Source: a virus. Taken from it: a stretch of 64,000 nucleotides of DNA. Positions 1 through 8,831 of this stretch are shown here, piece after piece (position 1 is the first letter of the stretch; every line of letters starts with the position of its first letter). Where the stretch lies: positions 1 to 64,000 of the IMG/VR virus record IMGVR_UViG_3300012348_000173. The stretch is one strand, 5' to 3'. The position numbers and the translations under genes were made by a program. The notes under the pieces were generated by a model, which saw nothing but the letters and a program-made list of their open reading frames with translations, was not told the origin of the DNA and searched no databases.

Positions 1-3
1 GCT

Positions 4-30
4 TGTAAATAACTTTTTTCATAAATTTTC
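4..30 (-). promoter_or_regulatory. Early promoter -35 box and upstream element (rest lies outside the window)
   Basis: AAAATTTATGAAAAAAGTTATTTACA on the minus strand, matching the upstream parts of the promoters at about 11511-11535 and 13997-14022. Confidence 0.75.
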
Positions 31-74
31 ACAAATTTTCGTCAAAAATCCCCAAAACACTGATTTTCAATAAG

Positions 75-1010
75 TTACATATTTCCGACAGCAAATTCGA
101 TTGCTCGGAGACTTTCGGTCTCAAGATTACGGTTTTTGTACCATCCTCCGCTCTCGGCATCAATTTCACGGCATATGTTCGCTATTTCGGCCGGGGTGAT
201 CGGATATCCGCAACGAACAGCTTTTCCGGCGGTACTGACCATTATGCTATACATCTGCTTATACCAACCAGTTCCTTGTAACGCAAAGTACTTTGACACC
301 ATGTCCTTATTCACAAACGGACAGTCACGATAGCCGCTCCACTTATAGTTACGATTCGTTAAGCTTTCTTTGCGATACTCCATTATTCGCTCACGCATTG
401 CTTCAGGCAAAGAGTCCATAAACGAAGATCGGGCCTCACGAACATAAGCATGCTTGCTCATAATTTCAGATGGGTCAATAAATGAACCACGATTACTCTC
501 GATGAAATGAAAGCTATCAGGGTAGTCAGCTGGAACATAATACATTCGGCTAAGATCCTTCGTCTGAGGATCGCCTAAGCTATTGAACTCCTTGTTTAGT
601 GCATACCAAAGGTGGCGAATTTCGTCGGCCTTCACGATGCGTGTTAGCGGCAAGATCACTCGGAACTTCGGCTTCACAATTGTACTGCTTGCAGATGAAT
701 ATCGAACATGCTCATAAGGCATAAAGATATTGCATGCTTCCTGCCAATCGCCTTCATAATCATCAACGTCTAGTGCAGCCCAACCGCCCCAAGCCTTTAC
801 ATTATCATTCTTACGAGTCGTATTAGCCTCAAAGATTGCAGGAGAGATGAGCGGAGAACCATTCTTCCGCTCATCTTTCTTTGGCTTGTAACCCGGTTGT
901 GCACTAAGCTTGTATAGCAGCTTCTCAAACTCCTCCCATGAACCAAAGTCCATACGACGGTGAGTCTTGTTGTCAAAGATGCTCTTAAAGATAGTGAACG
1001 AATAAGTCAT
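75..1010 (-). CDS. Archaeo-eukaryotic primase (AEP/PrimPol-like) protein
   Basis: LISPA...LDVDD (DxD), YSSASS...PKFRVILPL and D..R.YYVP motifs; helical C-terminal domain. Confidence 0.7.
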   Translation of the reverse strand: MTYSFTIFKSIFDNKTHRRMDFGSWEEFEKLLYKLSAQPGYKPKKDERKNGSPLISPAIFEANTTRKNDNVKAWGGWAALDVDDYEGDWQEACNIFMPYEHVRYSSASSTIVKPKFRVILPLTRIVKADEIRHLWYALNKEFNSLGDPQTKDLSRMYYVPADYPDSFHFIESNRGSFIDPSEIMSKHAYVREARSSFMDSLPEAMRERIMEYRKESLTNRNYKWSGYRDCPFVNKDMVSKYFALQGTGWYKQMYSIMVSTAGKAVRCGYPITPAEIANICREIDAESGGWYKNRNLETESLRAIEFAVGNM

Positions 1011-1234
1011 GTTGTTTCGTTTAATAATGTGGGTTGTTCAGTATTTGGTGTGCCAAGCATTAGATCAATACTTTCATTGATGTATGCACATTCATGCCCA
1101 TCTGTTGGAATCGGACTACTCCAAATTACTCCTTCGATTGCAATTCGTGCTGGCTTGTAAATGGTGCCGCTGCGACGTCCACCGATAAAACTCGAACTGG
1201 ACGCCTTACATACTAATCGGATATTAGGATTCAT
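1007..1234 (-). CDS. Hypothetical protein
   Basis: 75-aa ORF filling the gap and overlapping both neighbours. Confidence 0.5.
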   Translation of the reverse strand: MNPNIRLVCKASSSSFIGGRRSGTIYKPARIAIEGVIWSSPIPTDGHECAYINESIDLMLGTPNTEQPTLLNETT

Positions 1235-1667
1235 CGCTGAACATTTTTCCGATTAGACCATGATTACCTGCATGACATGGTGGAATCCATCCTTCAGGCT
1301 TCACCAAGTCAGGTAAGCCATACGGATTTTCCCTGCCTTCCTTAACACCAACGCGCTTGTTCATGTTTGCGTGTAGCACCTCATTCCAAGCACGATCGAA
1401 GTTTACTCCATACAAGTCAAGTGTACCAACCGCAACGACAACCAAGTCAATTAGGCTATCAACAATTTCCTCGGAGTTGCCCGTTGCGATGGCGGCGCGC
1501 CCCTCGTTTAGTTCTTCTTGAAGGAAGTTAAATCTGAAGTCCAAGAATGACTTTAGCTTCTCGTTATTCAATCCAAGCACGGCTTCGTCAGCTTCATAAT
1601 ATGCATGCATTTTTGCCATGTCGGCTGAGACCGACACCTTCTTATCCATTGTGTATGTTATTTCCAT
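1224..1667 (-). CDS. MazG-like all-alpha NTP pyrophosphatase (PRA-PH-like)
   Basis: FLQEELNE...EIVDSLIDL...EVLHANMNK...LVKPEGW motif pattern. Confidence 0.8.
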   Translation of the reverse strand: MEITYTMDKKVSVSADMAKMHAYYEADEAVLGLNNEKLKSFLDFRFNFLQEELNEGRAAIATGNSEEIVDSLIDLVVVAVGTLDLYGVNFDRAWNEVLHANMNKRVGVKEGRENPYGLPDLVKPEGWIPPCHAGNHGLIGKMFSDES

Positions 1668-1682
1668 AGTTGTGTTTATCTA

Positions 1683-4232
1683 TTATCCGAAAAAGTCCTC
1701 AAGGCTAGCACGTGGTTCAGCGGTCCATTTAATTGCATGAAGAATCAATTCAAGCGGTTCAAGAAATGCCTTGTTGAACTGATGATCATAATCAATGTAG
1801 CGATGCAATCCAAATTCAGCCGGCAGCTTATCAACAAAAGCAATTACGTTTTCATTTGTTGGATTTGGCAAAGATAGCGAAATGTATTTTATCTTATCTC
1901 CGCTTTGAATAGGCTGATACTTGTCTGCCAAGCCCAAAGAATTTATCATGTGATTGTGCATCAATGCAGCACGGACATGCATTGGAGTACCTTTTGAATA
2001 TATGTTAGTCTTATCACGCCATTTCATTACGTCAGATACACCACGCGGAGTAGCGATAGCTTCAGGCGACATTTTGCAAAATGCTTCTCTGAATTGCTTA
2101 ATAGCCTTTTGAGTTTTACCTTCATCGCCGCTGATGATTACCTTAAACATTTCGCGGAATGCTTCGCGACAAATCTTTGGAGTACTGCTTTTGATAGCTT
2201 CAATACCCATGATCTTAATCTTAGGCTCAGCATATTGAACACCTTCGCTGTTGTGTACATTTAGAATGTATCGCTTCTTGGCCATCCAAATACCTTTGTC
2301 CGCGATGACTTCGCGTTTCATACCCATTGTGTTTTTGTAGCCATTCACTGTCTTATGCAGTTCAGCATATGCATTTGTAAGTATGTTCTCAATGCCACGT
2401 GATCCGCCAAATTCAGACAAGAATGAAACTGGATCAGCGGGCTTAAACTTATTGATGACGTCTGATACATCAACATACACACCGTCGGTATCAATAGCAA
2501 CCAAACGATCTTTTTGAACTCCTGTCACTTTGTCAAGATACTTGTTAATTGCTTCTTCAGCCCAACGCACTGTTAGCTGACCGCTAAGAGTAATACCTTC
2601 GGCAATCGCGATATCAAAGTAACGGAAAAAGGAATTTCCAATCGCACCATAGCATGAGTTCATCAAAATCTTGATACACATTTGCTCAGTGTCAAGACGT
2701 GCAATATCCTTTTCAACCGACTCTAGCTTAGGATCATTCTTTGATAGCTTTTCCTTTTCTTGTTTCTTGGCAAGCATTTCCTTCTTGATACCAACGCGAC
2801 GGTTGTAGAGTTCTTCAATAATCTCTGGAAGGAAACCTTGCTTGTCACGACGGAATGCAGCGCCGTTTGCCGCAATCGCAAGATTTGGCTCAGGTGCAAT
2901 TGGTTTCTTGTCACGCAAGATACGATCAGGATCAATGCCTGGAACATGCATATGTCGCACAAGAGTTTCGGGCGACATGTTGTATTGAATAATGAGGTTA
3001 GGATACAGACTGTTAAGGTCGAAGCTCATAATCCAATCGTATACTCCTGGCGTTACTTCCTTAACAAATCCACCTGGGTAACTGGTCTTGGCGCTTGGAC
3101 GACTTGGCGGAACCGCAATCTTTTTCTTTGCAAGATGGCGGAAGATAATACTATCCCAGATAGCAACCGTTCCAAGAGTGTCAGTGTAGTTGACGCCGCC
3201 AAAGTAAGCAAGCGTAAAGACAAGATTGATTAGACCGAGCTTTTCCTCGAAGCGTTCAATCAGCTCAACGTCTTTAATACAGTAGTCCGTAAACTTCTGG
3301 TGATCAGTTTCATATAGCTTAGTCAGTGAACCAACATCGGTGTAATCCAACTTACGTTCGTTCAACACAACTTCCGCAATATGATCAAGCTTATATGATT
3401 CCTGAGCGCCGTAAGTATTGATAGTGAACTTCTTGAAGAGGTCAAGGTAATCCAACTGTTGGATACCCATGATTTCATACAGAGCATTCTCCTTGCCTTT
3501 GATGACAACGTTCTTTTGTTCAACCTTACTCCATGGAGACAGCTTCATAGCATAGTCAGATCCATGAATGCGTGCAATACGATTAACAAGATACGGAATA
3601 TCGAATAGACGAACGTTCCATCCAGTGATTACATCTGGAGTGTTAACTGGGTCTGCCCACCAAAGTACAAAGTCCTGCAGCATTTCGGCTTCAGTTTCAA
3701 ACTCGCGGTATTCCTTTGCGATGTGAGGAATGCTACTTGCATTCACATCATATTCCTTAAGACCCCAAACGATGTACACGCCAAGTCGAGAACTCTTAAG
3801 CGCGATTGTTGTAACTGGATGCTTCGCTTCGCTTGGCTCAGGAAACCCACCAGGCGCGCCGTTGACACCAGTCGGACATTCAATATCCAAGTATGCAATA
3901 TCAATCAGACGACGATCATATTCAATCTTGTTTGGAAACTCAGCCTGAATGAAAGCAGGAATGTGGCGATCATTGCCGTAAATCTTGAATTCCCGAATGC
4001 CTTCATACGTCTTAGAGAATTCTCGAGCAGCAGACATACTTTCAAAGCGCATTGGTTCAAGAGCCTTTCCGTCAAGTGAACGCCAATTTGCTTTACTTGG
4101 ATTCTTGCTTTCAAGATAAAAGACTGGTCTAAATTTGTAAGATTGGTAAACCTTTGAACCGTTCTCGTCATAGCCTCGATACTTTAGGCTATTCATGTGG
4201 CGGTCGATACACGTATAGAATCCATTAATCAT
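1683..4232 (-). CDS. gp43: Family B DNA polymerase
   Basis: ExoI LDIEC, GWNVRLFDIPYL, SFDLNSLYP, KILMNSCYG, DTDG, KKRY; T4 synteny. Confidence 0.97.
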   Translation of the reverse strand: MINGFYTCIDRHMNSLKYRGYDENGSKVYQSYKFRPVFYLESKNPSKANWRSLDGKALEPMRFESMSAAREFSKTYEGIREFKIYGNDRHIPAFIQAEFPNKIEYDRRLIDIAYLDIECPTGVNGAPGGFPEPSEAKHPVTTIALKSSRLGVYIVWGLKEYDVNASSIPHIAKEYREFETEAEMLQDFVLWWADPVNTPDVITGWNVRLFDIPYLVNRIARIHGSDYAMKLSPWSKVEQKNVVIKGKENALYEIMGIQQLDYLDLFKKFTINTYGAQESYKLDHIAEVVLNERKLDYTDVGSLTKLYETDHQKFTDYCIKDVELIERFEEKLGLINLVFTLAYFGGVNYTDTLGTVAIWDSIIFRHLAKKKIAVPPSRPSAKTSYPGGFVKEVTPGVYDWIMSFDLNSLYPNLIIQYNMSPETLVRHMHVPGIDPDRILRDKKPIAPEPNLAIAANGAAFRRDKQGFLPEIIEELYNRRVGIKKEMLAKKQEKEKLSKNDPKLESVEKDIARLDTEQMCIKILMNSCYGAIGNSFFRYFDIAIAEGITLSGQLTVRWAEEAINKYLDKVTGVQKDRLVAIDTDGVYVDVSDVINKFKPADPVSFLSEFGGSRGIENILTNAYAELHKTVNGYKNTMGMKREVIADKGIWMAKKRYILNVHNSEGVQYAEPKIKIMGIEAIKSSTPKICREAFREMFKVIISGDEGKTQKAIKQFREAFCKMSPEAIATPRGVSDVMKWRDKTNIYSKGTPMHVRAALMHNHMINSLGLADKYQPIQSGDKIKYISLSLPNPTNENVIAFVDKLPAEFGLHRYIDYDHQFNKAFLEPLELILHAIKWTAEPRASLEDFFG

Positions 4233-4238
4233 GTACCT

Positions 4239-4267
4239 ATTATAATCAAAAATGGGAGGCTTGTAAA
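4239..4267 (-). promoter_or_regulatory. Sigma70-type early promoter of gp43
   Basis: TTTACA-N17-TATAAT, then 6 nt to the ATG. Confidence 0.85.
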
Positions 4268-4283
4268 TAACAAACCTCCCATC
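4248..4283 (-). terminator. Rho-independent terminator after hsp20, overlapping the gp43 -35 box
   Basis: ATGGGAGGTTTGT-TATTT-ACAAGCCTCCCAT followed by TTTT. Confidence 0.75.
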
Positions 4284-4307
4284 GGCGTATTTTCTAAAGC
4301 TTATCGC

Positions 4308-4712
4308 TTAGTCAATCTTAACTTTGCGAGGTTGCTTTTCCTCTGGAACATTACGCTTCAATTTGATGCTAAGAATACCATCTTTCATTGATGCGTCCGT
4401 AACTTCAACATATTCCGCCAAAGTAAATTGACGCGTAAAGCTACGTGTACTAATTCCTTTGTAGGTATATTCACGTTCATCCTTTTGTGCTTCACCAACA
4501 ATCTTTAGCAATCCATCCTGGGTTTCAATTGTGATTTGGTCACGAGAGAAACCAGCAACTGCTAGTTCGATTCCGTATGAATCCTCACCGTCTTTAATGA
4601 CATTGTGAGGTGGATATGTTGTGTTACCTTTGATCGCGTTTTCGACTTCAGTGAATATACGATCAATTCCAATCGCCAACGGGGCGTAGTAGTTTAGCGT
4701 GCGTACTGACAT
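4308..4712 (-). CDS. hsp20: Small heat-shock protein (Hsp20/IbpA family)
   Basis: YPPHNV, IELAVAGF, GISTRSFTRQFTLAE, DGILSIKL alpha-crystallin motifs; SD AAGGAG. Confidence 0.95.
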   Translation of the reverse strand: MSVRTLNYYAPLAIGIDRIFTEVENAIKGNTTYPPHNVIKDGEDSYGIELAVAGFSRDQITIETQDGLLKIVGEAQKDEREYTYKGISTRSFTRQFTLAEYVEVTDASMKDGILSIKLKRNVPEEKQPRKVKID

Positions 4713-4799
4713 ATTAACTCCTTATTAAGCAAGTTTAGTTTTTGTTGTTTTCATCAACCTCAAACGAGCATTGATGTTTGCGAACACCGCGTCCGCAAA
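4713..4799 (-). ncRNA. ROSE-like RNA thermometer in the hsp20 5' UTR
   Basis: Three hairpins; the last is AACUUGCUUAAUAAGGAGUU with UUGCU pairing to the SD across a bulged G. Confidence 0.6.
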
Positions 4800-4800
4800 A

Positions 4801-5001
4801 TTATTTATACACGATGCAGCCATTTTCACAACGAAAATGTGCATGACATTGCGTATGTCCAAAGTGATCATAACTTGTACCGCTTGGACGATAAATTCTT
4901 TCGGTCTTCAAGATAGGCCAAACATATTGGCTGCTCATTTCATAATATGCACAGCTGTTAAAAAGCAGCGTGAGTGCTAACATAACAAATAGTTTTTTCA
5001 T
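4801..5001 (-). CDS. Small putative lipoprotein
   Basis: MKK + hydrophobic stretch + lipobox-like LFNSC. Confidence 0.55.
   Translation of the reverse strand: MKKLFVMLALTLLFNSCAYYEMSSQYVWPILKTERIYRPSGTSYDHFGHTQCHAHFRCENGCIVYK
4802..4809 (-). promoter_or_regulatory. T4-type late promoter upstream of hsp20
   Basis: Exact TATAAATA. Confidence 0.65.
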
Positions 5002-5924
5002 TTCTTTTTATTCTTTGCGAAGTCTTGGAACGATAATAGCTTACGGCTTGAGATGATTTCAAAGTATACCTTTGTGCCATCTTTACTGTTTAGTCCTGGA
5101 TAGTCAAATGATACGCTTGAATAGATTGGTCGATAATGTAATGTGCATTCGGACGGAACCAAAAGTAATTGACCAGTTGTGACCATGTCGCCTTTCTTTG
5201 GATTGCCAAGACGAACTGGATTCATAAACAAGTCCTTGTTAGGCTTTACGCTCATGCATTCCAATACACCATGCGGATCAGAAATACTTGTCTTATCAAA
5301 TGCAGTCTCAACTGCAGACCAACGTGATTCACTACTTTTGCGATTACGCTGTGTCGATGCATCAGATGCATCCTTAGAGTAACCTAGTTGGGGAATATCA
5401 ATCCCGTGATTGGTACGAACTGAATGATCATCGTCTTTAGAAATTTCCTTTAGTACATATACATACTTTCGAGGATTTTCTTTAGAGTCCTTATCTTTCT
5501 TGATATTAAATCCACCTTCAAGTAAGTAACAAACGTCTTTGTTGAAGATATATGTTGCGCCTGCAAGCTGATCATCGATTAAACTCTGCGCAGCTTTCTT
5601 TGGATCTTTCATCAATAGCGCACGGCGGATAGCAAGGCCGTCTGGCGAAACAATTGGGTTACGCTCACCAGGTTTAACTTTGCCATCCGAAACCTTGCCG
5701 CCTTCCTTTTCATCGTCCTTTACAGTTAGAGAGGCACTGATAATGCCAAGACCGTGTTCATTGATACCTTCGGTCCAACGTGTAGTTTGATCATCAATGT
5801 ACATTCGTTGTACACCGCCACGATCGGATCGGACAATATCAATTCCGACGACATAATTGCGGTCGCGATTTTTAGCGCCGACCCAACCGTACTTATCTAA
5901 GTATTTGACTGCAACAACACACAT
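4998..5924 (-). CDS. Ntn-hydrolase-fold protein (C45/NRDE-like)
   Basis: M-C start (Cys nucleophile after Met removal), AKNRD, EGINEHGL, RTNH motifs. Confidence 0.7.
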   Translation of the reverse strand: MCVVAVKYLDKYGWVGAKNRDRNYVVGIDIVRSDRGGVQRMYIDDQTTRWTEGINEHGLGIISASLTVKDDEKEGGKVSDGKVKPGERNPIVSPDGLAIRRALLMKDPKKAAQSLIDDQLAGATYIFNKDVCYLLEGGFNIKKDKDSKENPRKYVYVLKEISKDDDHSVRTNHGIDIPQLGYSKDASDASTQRNRKSSESRWSAVETAFDKTSISDPHGVLECMSVKPNKDLFMNPVRLGNPKKGDMVTTGQLLLVPSECTLHYRPIYSSVSFDYPGLNSKDGTKVYFEIISSRKLLSFQDFAKNKKK

Positions 5925-5946
5925 ATGAGTTATTGCTATTTATTCA

Positions 5947-6378
5947 TTAGCTCTTTTTCACGTTTCCGATGCTGTATTTTGAAATCAAATTCCAATCTTT
6001 CTTATCACGATGCGAAATGATTTTGATCATCTTAAGATTAGTCGTTTCGGTTGATTGGATCTTCTTCACAATTGTCAGCAGTCCCCAGTCAGATAATAGG
6101 ATTGCAATTGTGTTACGACGATTACGATCATCAGCTGTAAATGTACTAGGCTTACCGTCCAACATAAACAATTCCTTGAAGTGGACAATGAAGTATCGTC
6201 CTTGTTTATGCAGGATGTGACAGCTTTGATACAGCGTATTGTAATCCTTCTTGGATGAAACTCCGATTCGTGTTAAGGTTTCTTTGATCTTTAGAAAGTC
6301 ATCGGGTTCGCTTAATTGAACCTCTAGCATTTCACTTGGTGACCATTCGATATTTTCTTGAGTATCTGTTATATTCAT
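5947..6378 (-). CDS. regA: Translational repressor RegA
   Basis: DDFLKIKETLTRIG...LYQSCHILHKQGRYFIVHFKELF. Confidence 0.97.
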   Translation of the reverse strand: MNITDTQENIEWSPSEMLEVQLSEPDDFLKIKETLTRIGVSSKKDYNTLYQSCHILHKQGRYFIVHFKELFMLDGKPSTFTADDRNRRNTIAILLSDWGLLTIVKKIQSTETTNLKMIKIISHRDKKDWNLISKYSIGNVKKS

Positions 6379-6395
6379 AGCGATACTCTTATTTA

Positions 6396-6668
6396 TTACT
6401 TCTTTCGATTTCTCTTTCTTGACTTCCTCGCAATCTTAGCCTTTGCTTTAGCTTTCGCAAACCGCTTTGGCGAAAGGTTTTTCATGCTACAGTTACGCAT
6501 GCTTGGAATGTTCTTTGGGATGTCACGCCATGCAATTGGAACATTATCATACTGTGACATCTGAAAGAAAAGAGGCACGTCTGTGGCCGATGGATCAAAC
6601 CATTCTGGAAGAGTTGAGCCTCTACGATAAAAGACGTTACGATAGTCAAGATTTTCCGCCTCGGTCAT
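6396..6668 (-). CDS. Hypothetical protein with a very basic C-terminus
   Basis: 90-aa ORF in operon orientation; K/R-rich tail. Confidence 0.5.
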   Translation of the reverse strand: MTEAENLDYRNVFYRRGSTLPEWFDPSATDVPLFFQMSQYDNVPIAWRDIPKNIPSMRNCSMKNLSPKRFAKAKAKAKIARKSRKRNRKK

Positions 6669-7125
6669 ATTGTTTTCGGAGTTTGGTTAGTTCTTCTTCA
6701 GGATAGAATGTAAGTATTTCACGCGCGCGTTCGGCATTACATTCATAGTGTTTCATCAACAGTTGCACGTCAGGCGTATCGTCTGCACGTTTACCCCACT
6801 TGCTAAAACGCTTACGAGGACGAATGCCATGTCGGTAAAAGTCATACTGCATTTTGGCCGGTAATGATGCATACCGATTCATTTCGTTTGCAAACATAAC
6901 TGTATCATTGAAGTATGACAGGCCACGATTGATCATAAACGGAACGTATGCACGGTCCGGACTATCAGGTGAGGCGCCTTCGCCGCTTTCGGCAAGGCAG
7001 CCTTCCATCATGTTTGCGGATGATTGTCCAGCATTGATAGAGTTTAGGAAGTCGAAGAACGACAGCTTCTTAGGGCCATCGTTCTTCGGTTCTTTAGGAG
7101 CAGTTACTTTTTTCTTAGAAGCCAT
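6646..7125 (-). CDS. gp62: Clamp loader small subunit
   Basis: YVPFMINRGLSYF.DT...ANEMN...QYDFY...RKRFSKW; position between gp44 and regA. Confidence 0.92.
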   Translation of the reverse strand: MASKKKVTAPKEPKNDGPKKLSFFDFLNSINAGQSSANMMEGCLAESGEGASPDSPDRAYVPFMINRGLSYFNDTVMFANEMNRYASLPAKMQYDFYRHGIRPRKRFSKWGKRADDTPDVQLLMKHYECNAERAREILTFYPEEELTKLRKQYDRGGKS

Positions 7126-7406
7126 AGTAATTCACAACATTATCTTTGATCATTATTTGAGTGCGTGCTGAACAAAATGTCTTGTATGATATATAAATTT
7201 TACAGCGACACGTATTTACGTCATAATCAAGTTTCAATGTAAGATCTTTGATTATATGCGTGACGACATATGCCATCGTTAATTCATAGATCATTAAACT
7301 TTGAATTTTGTTTTTAGTGCAATCATCCCAAAATTCGAATTCATGATCGTTCCATATGCCAATGACTACGGATGCTATTTCGCAGACTAATTTTTTCGGT
7401 TGTCAT
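7115..7406 (-). pseudogene. Possible frameshifted small gene between gp44 and gp62, or a 59-aa ORF from the ATG at 7294
   Basis: 95 sense codons from 7402 to the TAA at 7115-7117; the ATG overlapping the gp44 stop is one base out of that frame across an A6 run. Confidence 0.4.
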
Positions 7407-8344
7407 TTCCAGTCCGCGTTCCCCATAAGCTCAGTCATACAAGCAACCATGTTTAGTTCCTTGTCGGCCATGAAACCTGCTTTGTAGCTGTAGTCCGCGA
7501 GGATCAGCACAATGCCTGGGATGCTCGATGGAACGGCATAGTCATACAGCCCGTCATAGATCTTGCGGAAGATAACCGAACTGTCAAGCGTGCTGTTATT
7601 AACAACCCAAGAACGCATATTCTTGAAGTCCTTGCTTTTCAGATAGCTAACCAATTCTGCAATGCTTTGATCGCTTGCACCTACAAGAATAGCAGTTGGC
7701 AGTTCGCCTGTGCTACTGTAACGCTGACACTCATTCAAGATACGACGCCAGTCCGGTGCATATCGGATGATCATTTCAGCAACCGTCTTGTCATCATACT
7801 TGATGCCTTCGGTCTTGAGAATAAAGGTAAGCCGCTTCATGAATTCGCCAGCCAAGGACGCAAGTTGCTTCTTGGTGGTATTGAACTCAACCACGCTGCA
7901 TCGTGAATGAAGCGGCTCAATGATTCGATTCTTAAAGTTACAAGTAAGAATGAATCTGCAGTTATTACTGAATTCTTCGATGAAGCCACGAAGAGCAGGC
8001 ATTGTTGACGTTGGGTTAAGATAGTCAGCCTCATCGAGAATGACAACCTTGTACCCACCGCTTAACGAAACCGTACTTGCAAATTGTTTGATCTTATTGC
8101 GAAGTACGTCAATGCCGCTTTCTTCAGACCCGTTGATAAGAATGTAATCAAGGCCAAGCATATTACACAGCGCTTTCGCAACTGTGGTCTTGCCTAGACC
8201 AGCTGTTCCGGTGAACATCAAGTTTGGAAGCTGTCCGCCTTTTACCAAGGCATTCAACGTCTTCTTAAGATCAGCTGGAAGGATACATTCGTCGACGCTC
8301 TGCGGTCTGTATTTTTCGCTCCAAAGGAATTCAGTATTGCTCAT
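7403..8344 (-). CDS. gp44: Clamp loader large subunit
   Basis: WSEKYRP, GTAGLGKTT, LDEAD, SRC (RFC-type AAA+). Confidence 0.96.
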   Translation of the reverse strand: MSNTEFLWSEKYRPQSVDECILPADLKKTLNALVKGGQLPNLMFTGTAGLGKTTVAKALCNMLGLDYILINGSEESGIDVLRNKIKQFASTVSLSGGYKVVILDEADYLNPTSTMPALRGFIEEFSNNCRFILTCNFKNRIIEPLHSRCSVVEFNTTKKQLASLAGEFMKRLTFILKTEGIKYDDKTVAEMIIRYAPDWRRILNECQRYSSTGELPTAILVGASDQSIAELVSYLKSKDFKNMRSWVVNNSTLDSSVIFRKIYDGLYDYAVPSSIPGIVLILADYSYKAGFMADKELNMVACMTELMGNADWK

Positions 8345-8350
8345 GCTATT

Positions 8351-8379
8351 ATATTATCGGGAAGTGATGACGGTGTAAA
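8351..8379 (-). promoter_or_regulatory. Early promoter of gp44 embedded in the end of dsbA
   Basis: TTTACA-N17-TAATAT, then 6 nt to the ATG. Confidence 0.75.
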
Positions 8380-8614
8380 GGGATTTAATCGCTGCATTTT
8401 CAGCTTCAACTGCGCTTGCATTCTTCTTATGATAAAGGCGTGCAACCTTACGAATCATTGGCTTTGGGATGTCCAATGCGTCATGTGCAGCGGCGATGAT
8501 TTCCTTTACTTGATCGCGTGCATCATCCATGATACGGAACTGTTCGCAAATCTCACGAACAGCATCAAGCATTTCTTGTTTGGTCTTTGGGTCTTCAAGG
8601 TCAATTTTACTCAT
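8354..8614 (-). CDS. dsbA: T4 DsbA-like dsDNA-binding protein
   Basis: 86-aa helical protein with the KEI...IPK...RKVARLYHK pattern. Confidence 0.7.
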   Translation of the reverse strand: MSKIDLEDPKTKQEMLDAVREICEQFRIMDDARDQVKEIIAAAHDALDIPKPMIRKVARLYHKKNASAVEAENAAIKSLYTVITSR

Positions 8615-8632
8615 AATAACTAATGTTTATAC

Positions 8633-8827
8633 TTACAGGGATTTCACGAATTCAAATTCAAGCTGATTTGGATCAGCGTGGTATGGCATTGGAATGACCT
8701 CAGAGAGGCGCGACATAATGCCGTTTGCAATACGCGCGCCATTCTCTGAAAGCTTCTTCATGCGGACCATGACATATAGCAGGTCGCCAATTTCAAGCGC
8801 ATCTTCAATGTCAATTGGTACCTTCAT
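8633..8827 (-). CDS. Hypothetical protein
   Basis: 64-aa ORF tightly packed in the operon. Confidence 0.55.
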   Translation of the reverse strand: MKVPIDIEDALEIGDLLYVMVRMKKLSENGARIANGIMSRLSEVIPMPYHADPNQLEFEFVKSL

Positions 8828-8831
8828 ATTC

